Below are positions 27,992 through 36,783 of a DNA stretch of 64,000 nt, piece by piece. Where the stretch lies: NCBI GenBank assembly GCA_018700895.1, contig JABIUV010000007.1, positions 4,640 through 68,639 of the forward strand. The letters run 5' to 3'. The DNA comes from Bacteroidota bacterium. GTDB lineage: Bacteria; Bacteroidota; Bacteroidia; NS11-12g; UBA9320. How positions within the stretch are numbered: position 1 is the first letter of the stretch; every line of letters starts with the position of its first letter. A program made the translations under genes and the position numbers. A model generated the notes under the pieces. The model was not told where the DNA came from. It saw only the letters and a list, made by a program, of their open reading frames with translations, and ran no database searches.

Positions 27992-29254
27992 TTATGAAAG
28001 GTCTGAGACGATAGCCTCTCGCTGAGCAACAATAGACTGACGCGTCTCATCACTTATGCTCTTCCATCGTAATTCATCTCTGAGGTAAGGCAATGTGTCT
28101 ACTAGTCTGTACCAGCAGATACTCCCATATATTCCTAGTGTGCCCAATATGAAGAGTATAATACCACTGCTCCATACAGATAGGGTTACAAAAGTGGCTA
28201 TCATAATGATCAAGCCCATTACCATGGCACTTCCTACTTTTATGGAGTCGTGAAAAACAATGTTACGTATCTTCGATTTTACCAATTTATCAATACCCCA
28301 CCATGCTATCACCCATACCACGTATATAGGGAAACTTACACCAGCCGTGAGTAGAGCTACGAGTACAGATAATACATCAAACGAACGGCTACTAACGTTG
28401 GCATCGCCTACCTTGTGCTTTTTTAAACTAGCCATATACGTCTGTACCTTAGATGCTAAATCCTCACCCATTTGATTAGCTTTAGCAATGGACAGTTTCC
28501 AAGTTTTCAATGTTTTGAAAGCAAGCGGCCTGTAGTTTTCATTTATCATTAGGCGATGTAGGAACTCTTTCTCTTCGGTATAGCCCCCTTTGGTTATTAC
28601 AACATTCTCATCAAAATTTTCTTGTACTTTGCTTGTAACCCAATTGCCAAAGCTCCTCTCGTCGGCCTTTATTTCATCTACGTGATCTAATAGTCGTATC
28701 GGTGTACCGTAAGTGACATGTACCGTTTGCATCAGTGTGCCAAACTCACTATAATTTAGAGCCGTAGGCAAAACATAAAGGTCGAGTGTAAAGTCACTAC
28801 GCTTCATCATATCTACCGCCATGTTTCCCGTACCGTTTTTTAGTCTTCGTACAGCCTTCTCTGGGTATGAATTGCCTTCGGTAAAGATAAGAATACTATG
28901 ATTGATTTTAAAGTGCTCGTACACTTCTTCCATCGTTTGAGCATTGCCCTTGCGAGCGACGTGTGCTGCTGCATCGCGACTTCTGAAAATAGGTAACAAA
29001 CGCATACCACGCAGTATATAGTTGGGCAGTGGTTTTAAGAATGTATCGCCACGTGTAAGTGTGTAAATACGTTTACCTGAGATATGCTCAAAAACTACAC
29101 CATCCAAGAACGAATTGGGGTGATTACACGCCACTAGTACCGGAGCATCCTTTGGGAAATTATCTTCGTTTTCAAAATGAATTTTACGAAAAATAATACC
29201 TACCGGTAGTCGCAGTAAATTCCTGCATATATGAAATATCCACTCATTAACCAT
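27992..29254 (-). CDS. Lysophospholipid (1-acyl-sn-glycerol-3-phosphate) acyltransferase family protein with a C-terminal membrane extension
   Basis: H-x4-D acyltransferase motif (VACNHPNSFLDG), an FTEGNSYPE block, and C-terminal TM helices. Confidence 0.7.
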   Translation of the reverse strand: MVNEWIFHICRNLLRLPVGIIFRKIHFENEDNFPKDAPVLVACNHPNSFLDGVVFEHISGKRIYTLTRGDTFLKPLPNYILRGMRLLPIFRSRDAAAHVARKGNAQTMEEVYEHFKINHSILIFTEGNSYPEKAVRRLKNGTGNMAVDMMKRSDFTLDLYVLPTALNYSEFGTLMQTVHVTYGTPIRLLDHVDEIKADERSFGNWVTSKVQENFDENVVITKGGYTEEKEFLHRLMINENYRPLAFKTLKTWKLSIAKANQMGEDLASKVQTYMASLKKHKVGDANVSSRSFDVLSVLVALLTAGVSFPIYVVWVIAWWGIDKLVKSKIRNIVFHDSIKVGSAMVMGLIIMIATFVTLSVWSSGIILFILGTLGIYGSICWYRLVDTLPYLRDELRWKSISDETRQSIVAQREAIVSDLS

Positions 29255-29256
29255 GG

Positions 29257-31239
29257 CTACAATATTACAGTTCCTATTTGGTCTGTTATTTTTTTTCTAA
29301 ATTCTTGTAAATTGGCGTGCACATTTTGACAGATCATTATGTCTTCTTCTGTCTCAGCTACCTGTAGTTTCTCTTGGTTTTCCTTCATCAACATCTCTAT
29401 ATGATTAAGCTTGAGGTAATTCAAGTTTTGTACGACCTCATGCTTGTAATTGTCTTCATCCGTCTTTACGATTTTTTCAAAATTCTCCTCCCATCCCTTG
29501 CTCAAACTATGACGTCGGCTCAACACTTCTGCCGCCAATTTGCACGTGCTTGCGTTGCGTATGAAATACAACTCATTGAGTACCTTATGCTCTTGCCAGT
29601 AGGAATATGCCTCTTTGAAAATAGCTGCAAACTCCTCCGAAACTGGCCATATTTCATCTTCTTCTAATTCATTAAAGATAAACTGAGCCACATTTTGCTC
29701 CTCGTCAAATTCTCTATCGGCATACAGTATGAGAGATTTTAGTAGGTCTTCTTCTTGATGATTTTTCTTATTTGCCAGCAGAGCCTCTGGCGTCTTAAAA
29801 TCGGTATAGTCTGGCACATAGTCAAACCCAGCCGGCGGGCCATCTGGAGCAGGAGGCCCCTGCTGCTCTGCCATACGACTCTCCCTGCGTTGTTCCCGTT
29901 CTTTTTGCTTACGGTTGTCCAGCTTAAACTTATTGACCTCATCTACCAATATGCGTTCGGGTATCTCCAGCAGGCTAGCCGTCTCATTGATAAACGCTGC
30001 TCTTTTTAGCGGATCGGGAAGTGCTGCTATATTCTCGGCTATGTTGCGTGCCGTTTCCGCTTTTTTGATGGGGTCATTTTTGCTTTCGCCCATCTTCACC
30101 TCTGTAATAAGCTGAATAAAATTTTGTGATTTTTGAGCTACATAATTCTCAAATTCTGACGTTCCTCTTTTCTGAATAAAACTATCAGGGTCTTCATCCT
30201 CTGGGAACAAAGCTACCTTCACATTCAGATCTGCTCCGAGTAGTGTTTTTACGTGTTTCAAACTGGCATTTACCCCTGCGGTATCACCGTCAAACAACAT
30301 GGTAATATTATGGGTAAATCGCTTGAGTAGGCGTGCCTGCTCCTCTGTAAATGCTGTACCACTCGCCGCCACTACATTTTCTACTCCGCTTTGGTTCAGA
30401 CTTACCACGTCCATATATCCCTCCACTAGGTACACCTCGTCCTTTACACGGATATCATTTTTAGATACACTAAGTCCGTATAGCTCCTTGCGTTTTTCAT
30501 ACACTACTGTCTCGGGGCTATTGAGGTACTTGGGAGCTTTGGTGTCTTTTTTTATGATTCTACCCCCAAAACCGAGCACCCTACCACTTACATTGAAAAT
30601 AGGGAAAACAATACGCTCTATAAATGTATCTCTGAGATTGCCCTCTACGATTCCACCGTCGTCATTTATCTTTTTTACCAGACCCGCATCGTACAGCTGC
30701 TGAACTGTGTAGCCGTTTTTGATTCCTTCTTGCAGCAGATGATTCTTTTGCGTGCCGCTTAGCCCAATACTAAATTTATCAATCGTTTGCTGATTGATGC
30801 CTCGCTCGGTAAGATAGGGTTTGTAGATGACCTTGCCATCTTGACTTTCGTTTAGTCGCTCATAAAAATGCTTGCGGGCAAACTCTAGGCAGGCATAAAC
30901 ACCTTCTTTTACCCGAGCCTCTTCTTTAAGCTCATTTACGTCTATCTGTCCTTCTTCTATCTCAATGTTATACCTATCTGCCAAATGCTTAATAGCCAGC
31001 GGATAAGACAACCCTTCGTGCTCCATGATAAATTGGAAGATATTGCCACCCTTGCCGCAGCTAAAGCATTTGTAAATGCCCTTGGTAGGCGAAACACTCA
31101 TACTGGCATTTTTATCATCGTGAAAAGGACAAAGCCCTTTATAATTAGCACCGGCCCTTTTCAGAGAGACGTACTCTCCCACCACCTCTTCTATAGGTGC
31201 TACGTCAAATATTTTGTCAATGACCGCTGGTGGTATCAT
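29257..31239 (-). CDS. dnaG: DNA primase DnaG
   Basis: CHC2 zinc finger (CPFHDDKNASMSV...KCFSCGKGG), a TOPRIM region (VYLVEGYMDV...DGDTAG) and a C-terminal helical domain. Confidence 0.9.
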   Translation of the reverse strand: MIPPAVIDKIFDVAPIEEVVGEYVSLKRAGANYKGLCPFHDDKNASMSVSPTKGIYKCFSCGKGGNIFQFIMEHEGLSYPLAIKHLADRYNIEIEEGQIDVNELKEEARVKEGVYACLEFARKHFYERLNESQDGKVIYKPYLTERGINQQTIDKFSIGLSGTQKNHLLQEGIKNGYTVQQLYDAGLVKKINDDGGIVEGNLRDTFIERIVFPIFNVSGRVLGFGGRIIKKDTKAPKYLNSPETVVYEKRKELYGLSVSKNDIRVKDEVYLVEGYMDVVSLNQSGVENVVAASGTAFTEEQARLLKRFTHNITMLFDGDTAGVNASLKHVKTLLGADLNVKVALFPEDEDPDSFIQKRGTSEFENYVAQKSQNFIQLITEVKMGESKNDPIKKAETARNIAENIAALPDPLKRAAFINETASLLEIPERILVDEVNKFKLDNRKQKEREQRRESRMAEQQGPPAPDGPPAGFDYVPDYTDFKTPEALLANKKNHQEEDLLKSLILYADREFDEEQNVAQFIFNELEEDEIWPVSEEFAAIFKEAYSYWQEHKVLNELYFIRNASTCKLAAEVLSRRHSLSKGWEENFEKIVKTDEDNYKHEVVQNLNYLKLNHIEMLMKENQEKLQVAETEEDIMICQNVHANLQEFRKKITDQIGTVIL

Positions 31240-31267
31240 TACGTATTACAAATAAACAATATTTCTT

Positions 31268-31298
31268 GTAGGAACACGCCTTGAAGGCGTGTTCCTAC
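31268..31298. promoter_or_regulatory. Perfect 13-bp inverted repeat with a 5-nt loop in the divergent dnaG/M20 intergenic region
   Basis: GTAGGAACACGCC-TTGAA-GGCGTGTTCCTAC read directly. Both flanking genes point away from it, so it is not a simple terminator. A second perfect palindrome CCTATC-A-GATAGG overlaps the M20 start codon at 31334-31346. Confidence 0.4.
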
Positions 31299-31334
31299 AA
31301 AACATGTTCCTGTAAAATCATTTACCTTTGTCCT

Positions 31335-32522
31335 ATGAACCTATCAGATAGGATAAAACAACTCGCAGAGCAGCATTTTGATGACTTGGTGGCTACACGC
31401 CGACACCTGCACAGTCAACCCGAATTGAGTTTTGAAGAATATGAAACCACACAATTCATAGCCGAACAACTGCAAGCAAATGGTTATGATTTGCAAAAAA
31501 TTACAGAAACGGGTGGCTATATAGACATAAAGGGAAAGAACCCCGAGAGCAAGACCATTGCCCTGCGTGGTGACATAGATGCTTTGCCTATCCTAGAGCA
31601 AAATGAGGTAGATTATAAATCTAAAAACGAGGGTAAAATGCACGCCTGTGGTCACGATGTACACACTACCTGCCTGCTTGGTGCTATTCGTATTTTGGAT
31701 GAGTTGAAGGACGAATTTGAAGGGACGATACGCTGTATATTTCAACCGGGAGAAGAAAGACTCCCAGGTGGTGCGAGCATAATGATAAAAAATGGAGTGC
31801 TTCAAAATCCGAGTGTAGAAAAAATACTCGGCCAACACGTGATGCCGCTCATAGACGCAGGTAAGGTTGGTTTTCGCTCTGGACTGTATATGGCTAGTGC
31901 TGATGAGATACACATCAAAGTAATAGGCAAAGGTGGTCACGGAGCACATCCGCACCAAAATATAGACCCTGTAGTGGTAGCAGCACAAATCATCACCCAA
32001 CTGCAAACTGTAGTAAGCCGACACTCCAAACCCGCGACTCCCAGTGTGGTGAGCATCGGAAAAGTAATAGCCAATGGATCTACGAATATCATCCCCAACG
32101 AGGTGGTAATGGAGGGTACATTTCGCACGTATGACGAGGAGTGGCGTATGAGAGCACACGCACTCATAGAGAAAATATGCAACGACACCGCAGCTATGCA
32201 CGGGGCTACGTGCGAAGCCGAGGTGCGAAAGGGGTATCCGTTCCTCAAAAATGATGAGGAGTTGAGTAACGATGCACGTCAGTGGGCAGAGGACTATCTC
32301 GGGGCAGAAAACGTAGAAGACCTAGAACTGTGGCCAGCGGGGGAGGATTTTGCGTATTACAGTCAGGAGATACCCGCTTGTTTTTATAGATTAGGGATTC
32401 GTAACCAAGAGCGTGGAATCACCTCTATGCTACATACTCCCACCTTTGATATAGACGAGAAAGCACTGAAAGTAGGCAGTGGATTGATAGCGTATTTGGC
32501 AATTCAAGAATTGCAGACTTAA
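31335..32522 (+). CDS. M20D-family amidohydrolase (N-acyl-L-amino acid amidohydrolase / hippurate hydrolase-like); start re-called at MNLSDRIKQ
   Basis: HACGHDVHT metal-binding motif. M20 dimerisation-domain architecture. Confidence 0.85.
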   Translation: MNLSDRIKQLAEQHFDDLVATRRHLHSQPELSFEEYETTQFIAEQLQANGYDLQKITETGGYIDIKGKNPESKTIALRGDIDALPILEQNEVDYKSKNEGKMHACGHDVHTTCLLGAIRILDELKDEFEGTIRCIFQPGEERLPGGASIMIKNGVLQNPSVEKILGQHVMPLIDAGKVGFRSGLYMASADEIHIKVIGKGGHGAHPHQNIDPVVVAAQIITQLQTVVSRHSKPATPSVVSIGKVIANGSTNIIPNEVVMEGTFRTYDEEWRMRAHALIEKICNDTAAMHGATCEAEVRKGYPFLKNDEELSNDARQWAEDYLGAENVEDLELWPAGEDFAYYSQEIPACFYRLGIRNQERGITSMLHTPTFDIDEKALKVGSGLIAYLAIQELQT

Positions 32523-32652
32523 GACTTATGATATGAGATTTATGACTATTATTACTCCTACGAAATACTTTGGAATCCCCAAATTTAGAATCTATTTCAA
32601 ACAGTCTTATATCCTAGGTCATACATCCTAAATCTGCGAAGAAGCGAAAGCA

Positions 32653-33021
32653 ATGAGCCAACACAAACAACAACTCGGGAAAGAAGGAGAAGAGATAGCT
32701 ACGGCACATCTAATAAGCAAAGGCTACAAGATACTCGCCCGAAACTAACGCAGTGGCAGAGCGGAGCTGGATATCGTGGCGATGCACGACGACTGGGTGG
32801 TCATAGTAGAAGTAAAAACTCGCGAAACCGACAAATATGGCAACCCCGAGGAATCCATAGGTACAGGAAAGATCAATATGCTCGCTCAAGGAGCCGAAGA
32901 TTTTATGCTAGACAGAGACTTACACAACAATGTGCGATACGACATTATCTCCATTATCAAAAACCAATATAAAACAGATGTACATCATATGGTAGATGCT
33001 TTTTGGCCGGGGTTGTATTGA
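32653..33021 (+). pseudogene. yraN: YraN/UPF0102-family endonuclease with an in-frame TAA (32746-32748) at the conserved N-(Y/W)-R position
   Basis: MSQHKQQLGKEGEEIATAHLISKGYKILARN*RSGRAELDIVAMHDDWVVIVEVKTRETDKYG... is one continuous frame matching YraN consensus (...GY.ILERNYR...E(I/L)DI(I/V)A...VEVKTR). The ORF track calls only the C-terminal 81 aa (32776-33021). Confidence 0.75.
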
Positions 33022-33082
33022 AAATAGAATAGGTTAAAGGATAAACGTATATAAATCGTCTTAATATCATTACTTATAACAT

Positions 33083-33415
33083 ATGAAAAAAATATCAATC
33101 AACCTAAAGCAAGTACTTCTCTTAACAATGATAGGCCTAGCTGGACGTTTGTCAGCACAGCGGGTAGAATAGACACGCCAGGAAACAGAAGAAAAAACAG
33201 AACGTCAAAGACCTCCCAAAGGGGAACGACCATCTTTAGATGAGATGTTCACCAAAATGGATACCGATAATGACGGAAAACTAAGTACAGCTGAAGTAAA
33301 AGGACCACTTAAAGATAATTTTGCCAAGGCAGACACCAACGGTAATGGTTTTATATCTAAAGAAGAGCTAGAGGATGCTCCAAGGCCAAAAAGAAGACCT
33401 AAACCAAGAGGTTAA
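33083..33415 (+). pseudogene. Secreted EF-hand calcium-binding protein interrupted by an in-frame TAG (33170-33172) between signal peptide and EF-hand pair
   Basis: MKKISINLKQVLLLTMIGLAGRLSAQRVE*TRQETEEKTERQRPPKGERPSLDEMFTKMDTDNDGKLSTAEVKGPLKDNFAKADTNGNGFISKEELEDAPRPKRRPKPRG. Two canonical EF-hand loops (DTDNDGKLSTAE, DTNGNGFISKEE). If reinitiation occurs at ATG 33245, the product is an intracellular 56-aa EF-hand peptide. Not in the ORF track. Confidence 0.6.
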
Positions 33416-33437
33416 AATATTATAGAAGCGAGTTAAG

Positions 33438-33472
33438 CTCACAATCTAGGTGATTGTGAGTTTTATTATTTT
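33438..33472 (+). terminator. Rho-independent terminator after the EF-hand gene
   Basis: CTCACAATC-taggt-GATTGTGAG followed by TTTTATTATTTT. Confidence 0.65.
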
Positions 33473-33564
33473 CGGGATATTCCGTTCACGTCAACAATGC
33501 TAATTAAACTAAACAATGCAATTTTCAGATTGAAGTCATTTAGGTAATTCTTAATCTAAACGCA

Positions 33565-34824
33565 CTAAAATGCACGCAGCAACTCCCCAAACTCCCACAC
33601 ATCCATAAAAGAATTGTACATAGGCACAGGTGCAAGTCGTATAACATTGGGCTCACGCCAGTCCGCTATCACGTCGTTTGCTGTGAGATAGTCAAACAAC
33701 GCTTTACCGTTCTCGTTAGTGAGCATACTGAGTTGACACCCACGTTTCTCGGGAGTAATGATTTCAAATTCTAGTTTATCATTAACCGTTTGAGCATCTT
33801 TTACAACCTGCTCCAAAAATGCATTTAACTTTCTGCCTTTACTCACAAGGGCATCCATTCCAACCTCCTCAAACATGTCTAATGACGCCTTATGTGCAGC
33901 CATACTAAGTACAGGGGCATTACTCATTTGCCATCCTGCTGCACCTGGCTCAGGTATGAATCCTCGCTTCATCTGAAAACGCTCACTCTCCGCGTGTCCC
34001 CACCAGCCAGCAAATCGCGGAGTATCTGCGTTGTTTCCGTGTCTTTCGTTTACAAACACACCACTTACACCACCCGGACCACTGTTCATATACTTATATG
34101 TACACCATGCGGCAAAGTCTACATCCCAATTGTGTAATTCTAGCTTCACATTTCCTGCGGCATGAGCACAATCAAAACCCGCCATTGCCCCTACCTTGTG
34201 AGCAGCAGCAGTAAGTGATTTGATATCAAAATATTGTCCTGTGTAATATTGCACACCACTAAAGAATACTAAGGCACATTCGTCTCCTACTTCTTCTATT
34301 TTAGCTACAATATCTTCGGTACGCAAGGCGTGTTCTCCTTCACGTGGTTCCATTTCTATTACCGCATCATCGTAGGCATATCCGTGATGTTTTACTTGAC
34401 TCTCTATAGCATACATATCACTCGGGAAAGCTCCTCCCTCCATTATGATTTTGTAGCGTGATTTAGTAGGTCTGTAAAAACTAACAAGTAGCAAATGGAG
34501 ATTCACCGTAAGGTTATTCATCACCACTACCTCCTGGGGATTTGCTCCTACTACGCGTGCCTCCTTATCAAAAAAATGATGGTATTTAAACCACGGGTTC
34601 TTTCCGTGAAAATGGCCTTCTACCCCTAGTCGAGCCCAGTCGTCTAGCTCTTGTTGCAAGTAACTTTGAACACTCTTAGGCTGCAGGCCTAGTGAGTTTC
34701 CCGTAAAATATAATTGCTCGGCTCTATGCTTACCTGGTGGCATGTAAAACTGGCTCCTATACTTGGCTAAGGTATCTTCAGCATCGAGTTTTTGAGAATG
34801 GGCTTTACTGGTGGTCATTTGCAT
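33565..34824 (-). CDS. kynU: Kynureninase (PLP-dependent)
   Basis: 419 aa. N-terminus ...LDAEDTLAKYRSQFYMP...LYFTGNSLGLQPK and an aminotransferase class V fold, consistent with the eukaryote-like kynurenine pathway known in some Bacteroidota. Confidence 0.85.
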   Translation of the reverse strand: MQMTTSKAHSQKLDAEDTLAKYRSQFYMPPGKHRAEQLYFTGNSLGLQPKSVQSYLQQELDDWARLGVEGHFHGKNPWFKYHHFFDKEARVVGANPQEVVVMNNLTVNLHLLLVSFYRPTKSRYKIIMEGGAFPSDMYAIESQVKHHGYAYDDAVIEMEPREGEHALRTEDIVAKIEEVGDECALVFFSGVQYYTGQYFDIKSLTAAAHKVGAMAGFDCAHAAGNVKLELHNWDVDFAAWCTYKYMNSGPGGVSGVFVNERHGNNADTPRFAGWWGHAESERFQMKRGFIPEPGAAGWQMSNAPVLSMAAHKASLDMFEEVGMDALVSKGRKLNAFLEQVVKDAQTVNDKLEFEIITPEKRGCQLSMLTNENGKALFDYLTANDVIADWREPNVIRLAPVPMYNSFMDVWEFGELLRAF

Positions 34825-34898
34825 ACTGCAAATAAAGAAACAAAACGGTTAACACCTTAAAGCAACGAACTATATTCAATGGAGCACAATAGAACAAT

Positions 34899-35519
34899 CT
34901 AAAGCGTAAATACCCAGAGAGCGTAAGCAATAAGTCCCAGACTTAGTAAGATGAGCAAGGCACTAAGCGCCAATACGGTCATAGCCATACCATATCGCTC
35001 CCGCACACCGGGATTTTTGTATTTACGATAAATACGCACTGCTAAAATGGCCAACACCAGTGAAGCTATGATGGAAACAATCAAGAATGGCGAAAGCAAA
35101 AACAAGATCAATGCGATAACAGAAAGCCTATTAGCCTTGCGATATTGTTCCTTTATAAATTCTTCGTCAGGAACGGTTGTTTTGGCAATAGAGTCCTGGG
35201 GTTGTGAAAGATGATGGGTTGTATTATTATCTTCTTGAATTTTAGAGACGTGTTTCGCTTCTATCCTATCTATCCATTCTATTTTAGCCAGCGTTTGTTG
35301 AGTTTTAGCATCTACATGCTCTGCCCATTTATCGGGTAAAGATTCATTCCATTGCGAAATTCCTTCTATATTGTCCGGTTGATTTGTAGTTTGAGCTGTG
35401 TATTCAGCAGTCTGTTTATTCTGCTTCTTTACACGAATCATTCTCCCCCTGTAGCTACTTTGGCAACTCGCCAAGGTCAGTAAAAACGCAATCCATAAAA
35501 GGTTCTTAGTCCGTATCAT
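34899..35519 (-). CDS. Hypothetical lipoprotein/membrane protein (DUF4190-like C-terminal helical hairpin)
   Basis: N-terminal lipoprotein-like signal (LTLASC). C-terminal two TM helices LSVIALILFLLSPFLIVSIIASLVLAILAV ... MTVLALSALLILLSLGLIAYALWVF. Confidence 0.45.
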   Translation of the reverse strand: MIRTKNLLWIAFLLTLASCQSSYRGRMIRVKKQNKQTAEYTAQTTNQPDNIEGISQWNESLPDKWAEHVDAKTQQTLAKIEWIDRIEAKHVSKIQEDNNTTHHLSQPQDSIAKTTVPDEEFIKEQYRKANRLSVIALILFLLSPFLIVSIIASLVLAILAVRIYRKYKNPGVRERYGMAMTVLALSALLILLSLGLIAYALWVFTL

Positions 35520-35529
35520 AGCTCCGAAG

Positions 35530-36138
35530 TTAAAATAACTTTAGGTATTTGCCACTACTATATCCCAAACCGTTACTATCTATGTACTGATAAGAGCAAT
35601 TAAAAACAACCTCATTACAATCATTTACCACGCCATACTCCTCTTCACGTCTTACTATAATGTGATTCAAGTTTACAATCTGCGGTGGTATATCGTATAT
35701 AAGAGGTAACCGTATCTTACCCAACGTATCATAAACTCCCCAAGTACCCGCGGTAGATTGCACCACAATAAGTCCGTGAACGGGTAGCAGAACCCTAGGG
35801 TGCTCAAAAGGAATAAGTATATGCATCTTATCAGTTATGATGCTCTGGCTAAAACTGTCCCCCACTACAGCATAACCGTCGGTAAAATTGCTTACTTGTG
35901 TAAATGCAAAAGGCGTAAGTCGCTTGCCCGTATGGTCTATGTAAGCGTACAATTCACCTTGAGCTACATACGCTTTTTGCTCTGAGAGTACGCTCACCTC
36001 GGTATATATATAATCACATATAAATTGGCTATCCACTTTTATCGCCATTCTATTGTTATTGGGATGCCTTATGATTTCCCAACTCTGGCCATAACCTAGC
36101 AGAGGCATCAATATCGCTATGGTTGCAAATAGTCTCAC
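35530..36138 (-). CDS. Hypothetical secreted protein
   Basis: Signal peptide MRLFATIAILMPLLGYGQ. No recognisable family. Confidence 0.4.
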   Translation of the reverse strand: MRLFATIAILMPLLGYGQSWEIIRHPNNNRMAIKVDSQFICDYIYTEVSVLSEQKAYVAQGELYAYIDHTGKRLTPFAFTQVSNFTDGYAVVGDSFSQSIITDKMHILIPFEHPRVLLPVHGLIVVQSTAGTWGVYDTLGKIRLPLIYDIPPQIVNLNHIIVRREEEYGVVNDCNEVVFNCSYQYIDSNGLGYSSGKYLKLF

Positions 36139-36692
36139 TCTATTTCTACAAATCTTACGTCATCTCCCAAAAACCAATTTTTGTTGAGTAAAATGGCTAA
36201 ATACTTTAACTCATAGGTGTGCTTCCTGCGTACACACCTTACCGTCACATAGCAAAACCGATTCCCATCATCATCTTTGCCATACTCATAAGAGCTTGAT
36301 TTTCGCTCTATTTTCTTGAGTTTTATTTTGTTTTTCCTTATGTACTTCAGTACTTTTTTGTACTCTTTTTGCAGTAATCGCAACATCAATTGCTGGCGGT
36401 ATAGCACCTGCTCACCTCGGTACTCTATAGCCAAGGTGTCAAACGTAGACTTGAGATACTTTACTTGAGGCACAAATGGTTTGAGATTTTGGATATCCTC
36501 AGTGATAAATGCTCGATAAAAAGTATCGCACATAGCTGGTAGCGAGTCATATAAGTCATTGTATCTATATGCACTATCCGGCCTATGATCTTTGAGCACG
36601 TAAAGTTGTGCTTGCACTTGTAAGGCAAAAAATGCGATTATGAATACGATTAATATTCTCATGGATAAGAGGTTATGCAAATTTAAACTCAA
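36135..36692 (-). CDS. Hypothetical secreted protein
   Basis: Signal peptide MRILIVFIIAFFALQVQAQ. 4-nt overlap with the downstream gene. Basic and helical. Confidence 0.4.
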   Translation of the reverse strand: MSLNLHNLLSMRILIVFIIAFFALQVQAQLYVLKDHRPDSAYRYNDLYDSLPAMCDTFYRAFITEDIQNLKPFVPQVKYLKSTFDTLAIEYRGEQVLYRQQLMLRLLQKEYKKVLKYIRKNKIKLKKIERKSSSYEYGKDDDGNRFCYVTVRCVRRKHTYELKYLAILLNKNWFLGDDVRFVEIE

Positions 36693-36783
36693 AGCGAGTA
36701 TTCACGCTCATATCGGAGTAATATATATGCAAATGTTTAGTCTGAATCCTCAAATCAAAGAGAATCAATATCTGAACAAGGAT

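Noticed and set aside
31281-31334. TTG start at 31281 for the M20 hydrolase (ORF-track call)
   Set aside because: The TTG lies in the loop of the 13-bp hairpin, and the added 18 residues (MKACSYKTCSCKIIYLCP) are not part of any M20 N-terminus. The ATG at 31335 (MNLSDRIKQLAE...) is the family-typical start.
20786-33172. Possibility that the in-frame TGA, TAA and TAG reflect stop-codon reassignment or programmed recoding
   Set aside because: All three stop codons occur, one each, in three different genes. Ordinary genes throughout the window terminate normally on TAA, TAG and TGA. No SECIS-like or pseudoknot context was seen. Nonsense mutations or sequence errors are the more economical explanation.
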